Positions 1 through 9,134 of a DNA stretch of 32,802 nucleotides are shown here, piece by piece. A program made the translations under genes and the position numbers. Below the pieces are notes generated by a model. The model made no database searches and was not told the origin of the DNA. It saw nothing but the letters and a program-made list of their open reading frames with translations. Numbering within the stretch: the stretch's first letter is position 1; every line of letters starts with the position of its first letter. Source of the stretch: an uncultured Terriglobus sp. (GTDB lineage Bacteria; Acidobacteriota; Terriglobia; Terriglobales; Acidobacteriaceae); assembly GCA_937859825.1 (NCBI GenBank), contig CALMAP010000021.1:3942-36743 (forward strand). Reading direction: 5' to 3'.

Positions 1-306
1 GCCCATGGCTTCGCGGGTCGGGTAGTTGGCACGGTAATGTGCCGCCATCTCCTCGGAGCCGTGCTGCACCGAACCGCTTACGAACGTGGTCTGCGGCGAG
101 TGCTTGTAGCTGGAAAGAAAGGCGTTCATGTCGCCCTCGTTCCAGGCGCGCTCCTGCGCCACCAGCACCTTCACGATGTCGAGCTCGCCCTGAGGCAGCA
201 CTGTCATGGCCGCGCCTTCTTTTTGTCCTTGCGCGCGAATCGAGGGGGCAGCGCAGAGCAGGGAGATCAGACCGAGTGCAAAAATCATGCGGCGCATAGA
301 AGGCAT
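1..306 (-). CDS. Secreted NTF2-like/SnoaL-like (DUF4440/YybH-type) protein, N-terminal part; runs off the left edge
   Basis: Manual minus-strand translation from ATG 306 is open to position 1: MPSMRRMIFALGLISLLCAAPSIRAQ... (signal peptide), then VLVAQERAWNEGDMNAFLSSY...NYPTREAMG, typical of this family. Absent from the ORF track. Confidence 0.8.
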   Translation of the reverse strand, partial: MPSMRRMIFALGLISLLCAAPSIRAQGQKEGAAMTVLPQGELDIVKVLVAQERAWNEGDMNAFLSSYKHSPQTTFVSGSVQHGSEEMAAHYRANYPTREAMG

Positions 307-371
307 TCCTCCGGACGAGTGAAGTCCTGAAATCAATAGGGTGGAAGAGGGCGAATGAGTAGAATCATCAC

Positions 372-2687
372 ATGGCCGCCGAACAGAACGTAAGCGCCAT
401 TCCGGAAGTGGTTTCACAGGGCGCACATGCGGCAGGGCGGCCCATTGGTACGCGGCTGCACTATGCGACCTGTTCGTTGGATTGCCCAGACTCCTGCCGC
501 GTGATTGCTACCGAAGATGTTGCGACCGGCAAGCTGGTCAAGCTGACCGGCGACCCGCGGCACCCGGTCACACGCGGTTTTCTGTGCGGCAAGGTGGCAC
601 GCTACCTTGACCGCGTTTATTCGCCGGAGCGGTTTGTTTACCCCATGCGCCGACGCCCCGGCGTTCCCAAGGGCAGGCTGGAGGCGGGCCACGAGGCCGA
701 TGCGTTTGAGCGCATCTCGTGGAACGAAGCGCTGGACACCATCGTGGCAAAGCTGCAGGCGATCTCAGACCGGTATGGATCCGAGAGCATTCTGCCTTAC
801 AGCTATGCGGGCACCATCGGCCAACTTGGCTATGGCTCGATGGACCGCAGGTTCTTCCACCGGCTCGGTGCGTCGCAGCTTGACCGCACTATCTGCGCCA
901 GCGCCGGCGCGGCCGCGCTGATGGATGTGTACGGCGCGAAACTCGGCATGGAGCCGCAGAGCTTTGCGAAATCGAAGCTGATCGTGGCTTGGGGCGCGAA
1001 CATCCACGGCAACAATATCCACCTGTGGCCGTTTGTCGAAACGGCGCGGCGCAACGGTGCAAAGCTGGTCGTGATTGATCCCTACGAAACGCGCACCGCG
1101 CGTCTGGCGGATCAGCACCTGCGCATCCGTCCCGGCACGGACGTGCTGCTGGCGATGGGACTCATGCACGTGATCGTTCGTGATGATGTGCAGAACGATG
1201 CCTACATCGCGCGGTGCACGCATGGCTTTGCCGAACTGCGGCAGCGGCTAATGGAGCCGCAGTACCGGCCAGAGAACGTCAGCCGCATCACCGGCATCGA
1301 CGAGAGCAGCATCGTGCAGCTTGCGCATGCCTGCGCAACTACAAAGCCGGTAGCGATCCGCGTGAACTATGGCGTGCAGCGGTCAGAAAGTGGAGGTACG
1401 GCGGTGCGCGCGATCGCCATGCTGCCACTGCTTACGGGAGCGTGGCAGCAGGCTGGCGGAGGGCTGCTGCTCTCAACGTCCGGGGCGTTTCCATTTCATT
1501 CTGCGAAGCTGCACATGCCTGAGCTGATGCGGGCTTCGCCGCTGGGCCGCGTGGCACGCACCGTCAACATGAGCCAGCTCGGGCATGCTCTTACAGAACT
1601 TGGAAGCGACGCGGCGGATGGGCCGCCTGTGCATGCCTTGTTCGTCTACAACAGCAATCCGGCGGCGGTCGCGCCGAACCAGAATGCCGTCCTTCGCGGC
1701 ATGGCGAGGGCTGACCTGTTCACGGTCGTGCATGACATGTTCTTTACCGACACGGCAGACTACGCAGACATCCTGCTGCCCGCGCCCACCTGGCTGGAGC
1801 AGAAGGACGTGCAGGGTGCCTACGGGCACCACCACGTGCAGCTTTCCCCTGCGGCGATTGCGCCATTCGGTGAGGCTAAGTCCAACGTCTGGCTCTTTGG
1901 CCAACTTGCGCAGCGCATGGGCTTTCCGGAAAGCTGTTTTCAGGACACGGAAGATGAGTTGATTGATCAGGTGCTCAGCACCGAGCACCCTTGGCTGCAG
2001 GGCATCAACCGCGGAGCGTTAGAAAAGAGCCTGCACGGCGATTTCGCCGAAGAGAACGGGCCTGCTACGGGAGCAGGTTTCGTTGCGCTGAACGTACCTC
2101 GCGATAGTGCAGGCGACTATCTGCCGTTCTCATCGCCGGATTGGTTCCGCACACCGAGCGGGCGCGGTGAGTTCGCGTCCGAGACGTTGCGCGCTCAGGG
2201 ACTGGATCCTCTGCCTGCCTATGTCGCTGGAGAAGAATCCTTTGAAAATGCCAGCCTCAGCTACCCGCTGCAGATGCTGCCGCGTAAGGCAGACAACTTC
2301 ATGAACTCCACCTTTGCCAACCTGCCGCGCCATCGCGCCATGGAGGCAAAGACTCTTGGACTCTTGGAGATGCATGCGGAGGACGCAGCAAGCCGCAGCC
2401 TTCACGATGGCGATGTCGCGGAGGTCCGCAGCGAGCGGGGCAGTCTGCGGCTGATCGTCCGTGTCGGTCAGCATGTCTCTCGCGGTGTTGTTGCTGCGAC
2501 GCTTGGCTGGAACAAGCTGTCGGCGGATGGCAACGGTGTAAACACGCTGACCAGCGAGCGGCTCACCGACCTCGCTGGTGGGGCTACCTTCTACAGCACG
2601 CTTGTCGAGGTGAAGAAGGTGGTGTCTGGACCGACGCCAATTCAGGCTACTTACGAGGATGTTCCGGAATCTCTGTCAGCAGACTGA
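372..2687 (+). CDS. Molybdopterin-dependent oxidoreductase (DMSO reductase superfamily) with N-terminal 4Fe-4S motif
   Basis: CSLDCPDSC...GFLCGK Fe-S motif, FERISWNEAL, DPYETRTA, FFTDTADYADILLPA and a C-terminal molybdopterin-dinucleotide-binding domain. No Tat signal. Confidence 0.92.
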   Translation: MAAEQNVSAIPEVVSQGAHAAGRPIGTRLHYATCSLDCPDSCRVIATEDVATGKLVKLTGDPRHPVTRGFLCGKVARYLDRVYSPERFVYPMRRRPGVPKGRLEAGHEADAFERISWNEALDTIVAKLQAISDRYGSESILPYSYAGTIGQLGYGSMDRRFFHRLGASQLDRTICASAGAAALMDVYGAKLGMEPQSFAKSKLIVAWGANIHGNNIHLWPFVETARRNGAKLVVIDPYETRTARLADQHLRIRPGTDVLLAMGLMHVIVRDDVQNDAYIARCTHGFAELRQRLMEPQYRPENVSRITGIDESSIVQLAHACATTKPVAIRVNYGVQRSESGGTAVRAIAMLPLLTGAWQQAGGGLLLSTSGAFPFHSAKLHMPELMRASPLGRVARTVNMSQLGHALTELGSDAADGPPVHALFVYNSNPAAVAPNQNAVLRGMARADLFTVVHDMFFTDTADYADILLPAPTWLEQKDVQGAYGHHHVQLSPAAIAPFGEAKSNVWLFGQLAQRMGFPESCFQDTEDELIDQVLSTEHPWLQGINRGALEKSLHGDFAEENGPATGAGFVALNVPRDSAGDYLPFSSPDWFRTPSGRGEFASETLRAQGLDPLPAYVAGEESFENASLSYPLQMLPRKADNFMNSTFANLPRHRAMEAKTLGLLEMHAEDAASRSLHDGDVAEVRSERGSLRLIVRVGQHVSRGVVAATLGWNKLSADGNGVNTLTSERLTDLAGGATFYSTLVEVKKVVSGPTPIQATYEDVPESLSAD

Positions 2688-2773
2688 CAGCGTCAGGCAA
2701 GCGCTTTGCGAGAGTCTGCATCTTATTTTCCGTGCGGGCAGAAATGGCCGCAGAGAGTTCGAAAGGAACCACC

Positions 2774-3307
2774 ATGGCAAAGTCAGAGAACGAAAAGAAG
2801 CAGGCTCCCAAAAGCCGCATGTATAAGAACCGCGTCGCGCTGCCGGATGACGTAAAAGAGAAGAATGTCGTTGTGATGAATGAGCGTCTTGCCGCCTCGC
2901 TCGACATGTACTCCCAAGCCAAGTTCGCGCACTGGAATGTGAAGGGCATCAATTTTTACCAGCTTCACCTGGTGTTTGACGCCACGGCCAAGGTCATCTT
3001 TAAGCAGATCGACCCGATTGCGGAGCGCATTACCCAACTCGGTGGCGTTGCCAATGGAACCGTCCGTCAGTCGGCTTTAAGCTCACCCATCCCCGCTTAC
3101 AACACCACCGCGGTTACCGGTCCGGAGCACCTGAACGCTCTTGCCGACGCGCTTGGCGTGTACTGCAAGGAGTTGCGTGAAGCGTCGGACGAGATCGACG
3201 ACCTTGGCGACGAGCCGACTGCTGACTTCTTCAAGCAGCTTGTGGTGGAGGCCGAGGAGGAGTTGTACTTCCTCGAGTCGCACCTCGAAGCAGGCGACGT
3301 TCAGTAA
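2774..3307 (+). CDS. dps: DNA starvation/stationary-phase protection protein Dps
   Basis: AHWNVKGINFYQLHLVFD and D-x-IAERI ferroxidase signatures; AAAGGA SD before ATG 2774; Lys-rich N-terminus. Confidence 0.93.
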   Translation: MAKSENEKKQAPKSRMYKNRVALPDDVKEKNVVVMNERLAASLDMYSQAKFAHWNVKGINFYQLHLVFDATAKVIFKQIDPIAERITQLGGVANGTVRQSALSSPIPAYNTTAVTGPEHLNALADALGVYCKELREASDEIDDLGDEPTADFFKQLVVEAEEELYFLESHLEAGDVQ

Positions 3308-3325
3308 CCTACTGCGTACTGTTCT

Positions 3326-3360
3326 CGAAGGGCGCAGCCATTCGCTGCGCCCTTCGCTTT
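3326..3360 (+). terminator. Intrinsic terminator after dps
   Basis: Perfect 13-bp stem CGAAGGGCGCAGC/GCTGCGCCCTTCG with a 5-nt loop, followed by CTTT. Confidence 0.75.
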
Positions 3361-3396
3361 GCTAATGAGGGACAGCGAAGAAGGTATCCTGAAACG

Positions 3397-4599
3397 ATGC
3401 TTGGCAAGTGGTACGCGGACTGGATGGTCCGTTGGGAGACGGCGCTTACAACGCGCGACACCAATCGCGTGGTGCGGCCGCTGGAGTGGGGCTTCGACTG
3501 GCTGAGTGACTTCAGCGCTACCGCCCGTGAGTGGGCCCGTGTGCCCGATACAGAGCAAACGCCGCACAAGGCCATGCTTGCCATGGCGGCGGTCAACCGC
3601 GAGATAATTGCCCGGGCCGACGAGTTCTACGGCTACATCGTGCCTGCCGATTTCCGGTTGGAAGAGCGGCATCCGGAGCTTTACCCAACCAACGTGCGGC
3701 CCGAAACCCTGGAGCAGGACCGGTGGTATCGCGAGCAGGCTGCCGAGGGCAAGCTGGAAAAGGCGCAGTTCCTGCGCTTCACCTCGCCGGTGCGCACCCG
3801 CTACCCCGAAAACGACATCGTGAACGCCCGCTGGTACCCCGAGCCAACGCACAAGCAGCCCGGGCGGAAAAAGCAGGCCATCATCGTTATGCCTCAGTGG
3901 AATGCCGATGCGTTCAGTCACAACGCGCTCTGCAGCATCTTCAACAAGTTCGGCATCGGCGCGCTGCGGCTCTCCAAGCCGTATCACGACATTCGTCGTC
4001 CGGCGGAGCTTGAGCGCAGTGACTACGCTGTAAGCAGCAACGTAGGCCGCACCATTGCCGCTGCTCGGCAGGCGGTGGTCGATATTAGAAGCTGCATCGA
4101 TTGGCTCGCCTCGCAGGGTTACGAGCAGTTCGGCGTGCTCGGAACCAGCCTGGGCAGCGCCTATGCCTTTCTTGCGGCTGCGTTCGACTCGCGCATCCAG
4201 GTATGCGCCTTCAATCATGCCAGCATGCAATTTGGGGACGTGGTCTGGACCGGCCAGAGCACCCGGCATGTCCGCGCTGCCTTTGAAAGCAAGGGGCTTA
4301 CGCAGAATGATGTCCGCTCCATCTTCACTGGCATCAGCCCCGCCAGCGTAATGGACCGCTTCGCCGCGGAGACCTCCCGGCAAACGCTGGTAATTCATGC
4401 CACGTGGGACCTGACATTTCTGCGGGAATTCTCGTTGCAGGTGCTGCGCGAGTTCCGTGAGCGCCGCGTGAACTTCACCAGCCGGGTGCTGCCCTGCGGC
4501 CACTACACCACAGGCGAAACGCCGTACAAGTACCTGGACGGCTGGTATGTGGGCTCGTTCATCTGGAGCGCTTACCGACGCATGCGCGGGGTGCGGTAG
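3397..4599 (+). CDS. Alpha/beta hydrolase family protein
   Basis: GTSLG nucleophile elbow, candidate Asp (WDLTF) and His (LPCGHYT); 400 aa; TATCCT 6 nt before the ATG. Confidence 0.85.
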   Translation: MLGKWYADWMVRWETALTTRDTNRVVRPLEWGFDWLSDFSATAREWARVPDTEQTPHKAMLAMAAVNREIIARADEFYGYIVPADFRLEERHPELYPTNVRPETLEQDRWYREQAAEGKLEKAQFLRFTSPVRTRYPENDIVNARWYPEPTHKQPGRKKQAIIVMPQWNADAFSHNALCSIFNKFGIGALRLSKPYHDIRRPAELERSDYAVSSNVGRTIAAARQAVVDIRSCIDWLASQGYEQFGVLGTSLGSAYAFLAAAFDSRIQVCAFNHASMQFGDVVWTGQSTRHVRAAFESKGLTQNDVRSIFTGISPASVMDRFAAETSRQTLVIHATWDLTFLREFSLQVLREFRERRVNFTSRVLPCGHYTTGETPYKYLDGWYVGSFIWSAYRRMRGVR

Positions 4600-4728
4600 C
4601 TGACAAGGGGTCTCGCGGGTATGGCGCTCCGCACGCGCCCATGTGCTTACAATGAAAGAACTTTCGACGGGCTTGCGCGTTGGGCTTATGCCGGAAATTC
4701 AAAGTTTCGCGCTCAACGCGAAAACGAG

Positions 4729-4757
4729 AACGCTCCGAGTGTGAGGCTCGGAGCGTT
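4729..4757. terminator. Strong hairpin, possibly a bidirectional terminator, in the hydrolase-glyA intergenic region
   Basis: 11-bp perfect stem AACGCTCCGAG/CTCGGAGCGTT; pyrimidine-rich tails on both strands (minus strand: CTCGTTTT). Confidence 0.55.
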
Positions 4758-4933
4758 TCCTTCGAAAGGTGGTGAGTATGTGCTTCCAAAGCAGCCGGTA
4801 AGGCTGAAGTGGAAGACTGAGCGCCAGGTAGACATCCCGAGCGAAATCGTAATCTACCTGCTGTCCGTGTGCTCAATCACTAGCACTGTGAAATTCCCGA
4901 TACGCCGCAGCGGCATTGTGGAAGAATCAATCC

Positions 4934-6232
4934 ATGCCTATCGACCTGACCAGCACCCTCGCCACCAGTGATCCGGAGATTGCCGCCACCATCGACCACG
5001 AGGCGGTGCGCCAGCACGATGGGCTGGAGATGATCGCTTCAGAGAACTTCGTCTCGCGCGCGGTGCTTGAGGCGGCAGGCTCGGTCTTTACCAACAAGTA
5101 TGCGGAAGGCTACCCCGGCAAGCGCTACTACGGCGGCTGCGAGTATGCCGATGTGGTTGAGAACATTGCCCGCGACCGCGCCAAGCAGATCTTCGGTGCC
5201 GAACATGCCAACGTGCAGCCACACTCCGGTTCGCAGGCAAACGCCGCCGCCTATATGACGATCATTCAGCCCGGCGACACGGTGCTGGGGCTCGATCTTG
5301 CGCATGGTGGCCACCTTACCCACGGGCACAAGCTGAACTTCAGCGGCAAGCTCTACAGGATCGTCGGCTACCAGGTGCGCAAAGACACGGAAACCATCGA
5401 CTACGACGAACTGGAAGCGATCGCGCAGCGCGAAAAGCCGAAGGTGATCGTAGGCGGCGGCAGCGCCTATGCACGCTTCTGGGACTTCGCCCGCATGCGG
5501 CAGATCGCCGACTCCGTGGGCGCCTTCCTCATAGTGGACATGGCACACTTCGCCGGACTGGTCGCTGGCGGCGTGCATCCGTCACCCATCCCGCATGCGC
5601 ACCTGGTTACGACGACCACCCACAAGACACTGCGCGGTCCGCGCGCCGGGCTTGTGCTCTGCAAGCAGGAATTCGCGCAGGCGCTCGACCGTTCCGTCTT
5701 TCCCGGCCAGCAGGGTGGCCCGCTGATGCACGTGATCGCGGCCAAGGCCGTTGCGTTCAAAGAGGCATTGCAGCCGGATTTCGCCGCGTATGCGCAGCAG
5801 ATTGTGACGAACGCGAAAGCCTTGGCCGAGGCACTGCAGGGTGAGGGTTATCGCATCGTCTCCGGCGGCACGGACACGCACCTGCTGTTGGTGGACACCT
5901 TTGCGAAAGGCATCCTCGGCTCCGAAGCGGAAGCGGCGCTCGGCATGGCAGGCATCACTGTCACCAAGAACGCCATCCCGTTCGATCCGAACCCACCGTT
6001 GAAGCCGAGCGGCGTCCGCTTCGGCACGCCCGCGCTCACCACGCGCGGCATGAAAGAAGCGGAGATGCGCCAGATCGCCAAGTGGATCGCCGCCGCGCTC
6101 GAGGGCCGCAACGATGAGGCAAAGCTGCGCGGCATCCATGGCGAAGTTACGGAGCTTGCCGACCGGTTTCCGCTTTACGGTTGGCTGCGCGAAGACGCAC
6201 GGGAGGCAACGCCCGAAGCAGTTCTGGCGTAA
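4934..6232 (+). CDS. glyA: Serine hydroxymethyltransferase
   Basis: [41 protein letters not shown] (PLP lysine), FPGQQGGP. Confidence 0.98.
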   Translation: MPIDLTSTLATSDPEIAATIDHEAVRQHDGLEMIASENFVSRAVLEAAGSVFTNKYAEGYPGKRYYGGCEYADVVENIARDRAKQIFGAEHANVQPHSGSQANAAAYMTIIQPGDTVLGLDLAHGGHLTHGHKLNFSGKLYRIVGYQVRKDTETIDYDELEAIAQREKPKVIVGGGSAYARFWDFARMRQIADSVGAFLIVDMAHFAGLVAGGVHPSPIPHAHLVTTTTHKTLRGPRAGLVLCKQEFAQALDRSVFPGQQGGPLMHVIAAKAVAFKEALQPDFAAYAQQIVTNAKALAEALQGEGYRIVSGGTDTHLLLVDTFAKGILGSEAEAALGMAGITVTKNAIPFDPNPPLKPSGVRFGTPALTTRGMKEAEMRQIAKWIAAALEGRNDEAKLRGIHGEVTELADRFPLYGWLREDAREATPEAVLA

Positions 6233-6256
6233 TTTGAGATGCAGGAGCGTGCGGCG

Positions 6257-6481
6257 ATGACGATGGTCCCAAAGAACGAGCAGAGCCGCACGGTTCGCAT
6301 TTTCGCCAATCGCCGCGAACAGGAAGATGAGACCCGGCGATACTGGCTCTCGAAGACGGTTGCCGAAAAGATGGAGGAGACCGCCTCCCTGGTGCGGTAT
6401 GCCTATGCTTTGCGCGGGATAGACATCGATGCTCAAGGATCAGAAAGAACTCTTGTCCGAGTTCAACGCACACGGCGTTGA
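6257..6481 (+). CDS. Small hypothetical protein of the type usually found upstream of a nucleotidyltransferase
   Basis: AGGAG SD before ATG 6257 (alternative ATG 6239); YWLSKT-x-AEK motif; 3' end overlaps a nucleotidyltransferase-like start. Confidence 0.6.
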   Translation: MTMVPKNEQSRTVRIFANRREQEDETRRYWLSKTVAEKMEETASLVRYAYALRGIDIDAQGSERTLVRVQRTRR

Positions 6482-6485
6482 CTAG
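6429..6485 (+). pseudogene. Truncated N-terminus of a putative (DUF6036-like) nucleotidyltransferase
   Basis: ATG 6429 gives MLKDQKELLSEFNAHGVD then TAG, where homologs I recall continue ...VDYLVVGG. The downstream sequence does not resume that pattern. Confidence 0.5.
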
Positions 6486-6548
6486 CCAGTGCAAGAGGCT
6501 TGTACAAATACTGTCATTGCCACAGCACAATCTAGGTATGATTGCGCC

Positions 6549-6799
6549 ATGGCACCGGAACGGGAATTCGCCACGTACGCGCGTCACTTGGAGACGCTGA
6601 AGCGCACACCGGTAAGTTCGTATTGATTTACGGTGACGATGTGGTCGAGACATTCGTGTCTTACGAGGACGCCATCAAAGCGGACTACGCCCGATTCAAA
6701 CTGGAGCCTTTTTTGGTAAATCAGATTGAATCGGCAGATACCATGCCATACATCACTCGGCATGTGAATCCAGTTTCGCCCTTCCACCTTGCCGGGTAA
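6549..6799 (+). pseudogene. Frameshifted small hypothetical protein (DUF5678-like partner of retropepsin-like proteases)
   Basis: ATG 6549 gives MAPEREFATYARHLETLK. A 1-nt shift near 6603 continues AHTGKFVLIYGDDVVETFVSYEDAIKADYARFKLEPFLV... Confidence 0.6.
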
Positions 6800-6987
6800 T
6801 ACCTCACTTCACCCAGACATTCGCAACGCGGGCTCCGCTGGTCGATGTTACTCTGCCCAATCTCCGGGTGAGTGCCTGTGAACTGTCTGTGGCTCAAGGT
6901 TTCCATGTATTAAGTGGACGCGACGTTCTTACGCATTGCGTGCTGACGTACAACGGCACATTTGGCTGGGTGACGATCGCCCATTGA
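6799..6987 (+). pseudogene. Internally deleted retropepsin-like aspartic protease remnant
   Basis: ATA overlapping the previous TAA (probably a former TAATG coupling) opens IPHFTQTF...GFHVLSGRDVLTHCVLTYNG...; the C-terminal LxGRD motif is present but there is no DTG active site. Confidence 0.5.
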
Positions 6988-7038
6988 TGCATTTCAGCGA
7001 CATCCGCGAAGACGCTTATCCTGATGTTGTGAGGGTCT

Positions 7039-8448
7039 ATGCAGGAAGAGCAGTTTGACGCGGTTGTGGTCGGTTCAGGGCAGGGTGGCAATCCGCTGGC
7101 AAAGGCCATGGCAAAGCAGGGCTGGAAGGTAGCCGTGGTCGAGCGCCGCTATCCCGGAGGCACGTGTGTGAATGACGGCTGCACGCCATCCAAGACCATC
7201 GACGCCAGTGCGCGGGTGGCCTACCTTGCGAAGCGTGGAGCCGATTTTGGCGTGCAAACCGGGCCGGTGAGCATCGATTTGAAGAAGGTGTGGGAGCGCA
7301 AACAAAAGATCGTTCTCGAGTCGCGGGGCAAGAACACCGACGGCATTGAGAAGAGTTGTACGCTGCTGCTCGGTGAGGCGAGCTTTGCCGAACAGCAGGG
7401 AAGTAATGGCCAGCATGCCTTGTCAGTGCTGATGCAGGAGGGCGGCGAGCGCCGCCTGGTCACGCCGCGTGTCTTTCTCAATACCGGCGAACGTCCCGCC
7501 GCGCCGGAGATCGACGGCCTTGACGCCACACCGTATCTCGACAGCACCCGCATCATGGAACTGCAGACCGTGCCGGAGCACCTGATCGTGCTGGGCGCAG
7601 GGTATATTGCGCTCGAGTTCGCGCAGATGTTCCTTCGCTTCGGTGCCAAGGTCACGGTGCTGGAACGTGGCGAGAAGATCGCGGCGCATGAAGACGACGA
7701 TGTGGCCGAGTGCCTGCGCGGCATTCTGCAGGAAGATGGCATGAAGATCCTCACCTGCGCGTCGGTGGATAACGTCAGCGGCGATGAAAACAGCGTCACG
7801 GTTCAGGTCACGCTGGATGAAGGCGCACGCACTCTGAAAGGCTCGCACCTGCTGGTTGCTACCGGCCGCACGCCCAATGTGGAGTCACTTTATTTGGAGC
7901 GCGCTGGCGTCCGGCAGAGTGAGCGTGGACACATCGAGGTAAACGACCGGCTCGAAACCGGCGTCCACGGCATCTGGGCGTTGGGTGATGTGAAAGGCGG
8001 CCCGGCGTTCACCCATGTCTCCTATGACGACTACCGCGTCCTCAACGCCAACCTCTTCGGCGACGGGAATGCCTCCATCAAGGACCGGATCACCACCTAT
8101 GTCATGTTCACCGACCCGGAGCTTGGCCGCGTCGGGCTCTCCGAAAAGGACGCTGAGAAGCAGGGCCGCAAAGTGCGCGTTGCCGCGATCCCGATGAGCT
8201 ACATGGCTCGCGCCGACGAAATGGACGAGTCGCGCGGCATGATGAAGGCGCTTGTCGATCCCGAGACGAAGAAAATCCTGGGCGCGGTGGTGCTCGGCGT
8301 CGATGGCGGAGAGGTCGCGGCGCAGTTGCAAGTGGCCATCATGGGTGGTCTGCCCTACACGGCACTCCGTGACGGTGTCTTTTCCCATCCAACGAAAGCC
8401 GAGGCGCTGAATACCCTTTTTGGCAGTTTTCGCGACGGCAAGGACTAA
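7039..8448 (+). CDS. Class I pyridine nucleotide-disulfide oxidoreductase (mercuric-reductase-like, RclA/YkgC-type)
   Basis: GSGQGG FAD site, GGTCVNDGCTPSK redox disulfide, GAGYIALE NAD(P) site, HPT near the C-terminus. No C-terminal Cys-Cys pair. Confidence 0.9.
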   Translation: MQEEQFDAVVVGSGQGGNPLAKAMAKQGWKVAVVERRYPGGTCVNDGCTPSKTIDASARVAYLAKRGADFGVQTGPVSIDLKKVWERKQKIVLESRGKNTDGIEKSCTLLLGEASFAEQQGSNGQHALSVLMQEGGERRLVTPRVFLNTGERPAAPEIDGLDATPYLDSTRIMELQTVPEHLIVLGAGYIALEFAQMFLRFGAKVTVLERGEKIAAHEDDDVAECLRGILQEDGMKILTCASVDNVSGDENSVTVQVTLDEGARTLKGSHLLVATGRTPNVESLYLERAGVRQSERGHIEVNDRLETGVHGIWALGDVKGGPAFTHVSYDDYRVLNANLFGDGNASIKDRITTYVMFTDPELGRVGLSEKDAEKQGRKVRVAAIPMSYMARADEMDESRGMMKALVDPETKKILGAVVLGVDGGEVAAQLQVAIMGGLPYTALRDGVFSHPTKAEALNTLFGSFRDGKD

Positions 8449-8462
8449 GCGGACAAAATCTC

Positions 8463-9050
8463 CTACGCTTCGCTGAAGAAGCCGTGTCCTCGCGCTTCCT
8501 CCAGCCGGACGCGCAGGTACTCCCAAAGGGCAGGGCAGCCGGCGGCGATCTGCGCTTCAATGCGCTTCACCACGCGCTCATAGCGGATGCCGTTGTCGCG
8601 CCAGCTCTGGCCGCCGTTGGCCAGGTTCAGCAGCACCGGCATGGCGCGATCGATGGCGTTGGCAAAGCGCGACTCCGGGGTGTCGCCGTGCTCAAACTCC
8701 TGCCACAGCGCGGTCAGGTACTCCGCACGGCCGGGTGGGAGCAGGCCGAAGATGCGCCGGACAGCGGCCAGCTCGTCTGCCTTGCGCTGTTCCCAGCCAC
8801 CTTCGACGAAGGCCATGGTGTCGCCGGTGTCGATCTCGCCAATGTCGTGTACCAGCAGCATGCGGATGACGTGGTCGAGGTTCACGGTCTCGGCAGCGTA
8901 GGGCTGCAGCTCCTGCGCGAACAAGGCGAGCTGCCAACTGTGCTCGGCGGAGTTCTCATAGCGGTCCGTGCCGCGCACCCGGATTTTGCGTAGGACGGTC
9001 TTGAGCCGATCGGCTTCCAACAGAAAATCTACAATGTGCTCCAGCGCCAA
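8463..9050 (-). CDS. HD-domain phosphohydrolase (YfbR/HDDC2-like)
   Basis: ENSAEHSW, LLVHDIGEIDTGD, LWQEFE and DR motifs; TTG start preceded by AGGGAG. Confidence 0.9.
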   Translation of the reverse strand: MALEHIVDFLLEADRLKTVLRKIRVRGTDRYENSAEHSWQLALFAQELQPYAAETVNLDHVIRMLLVHDIGEIDTGDTMAFVEGGWEQRKADELAAVRRIFGLLPPGRAEYLTALWQEFEHGDTPESRFANAIDRAMPVLLNLANGGQSWRDNGIRYERVVKRIEAQIAAGCPALWEYLRVRLEEARGHGFFSEA

Positions 9051-9134
9051 ATTTGCTTCTCCCTGTTTGCATCGTCCATTGCAACACGGGTGAGGCCGCT
9101 GCCGAATACCCGCACGCTACATCTAATTCTCAGC

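Noticed and set aside
4600-4933. tmRNA, or a ZMP/glycine riboswitch upstream of glyA (TTCGACGGG...ATGCCG looked tmRNA-like)
   Set aside because: No tRNA-like acceptor or T-arm ends, no tag ORF ending in AA, and no recognisable riboswitch consensus. Kept only as an unknown structured RNA candidate.
4621-4971. 116-aa ORF overlapping the glyA start
   Set aside because: No recognisable motifs, atypical codon use, and it runs through strong hairpins.
7039-8448. True mercuric reductase MerA
   Set aside because: No NmerA domain, no C-terminal Cys-Cys pair and no mer operon genes nearby.
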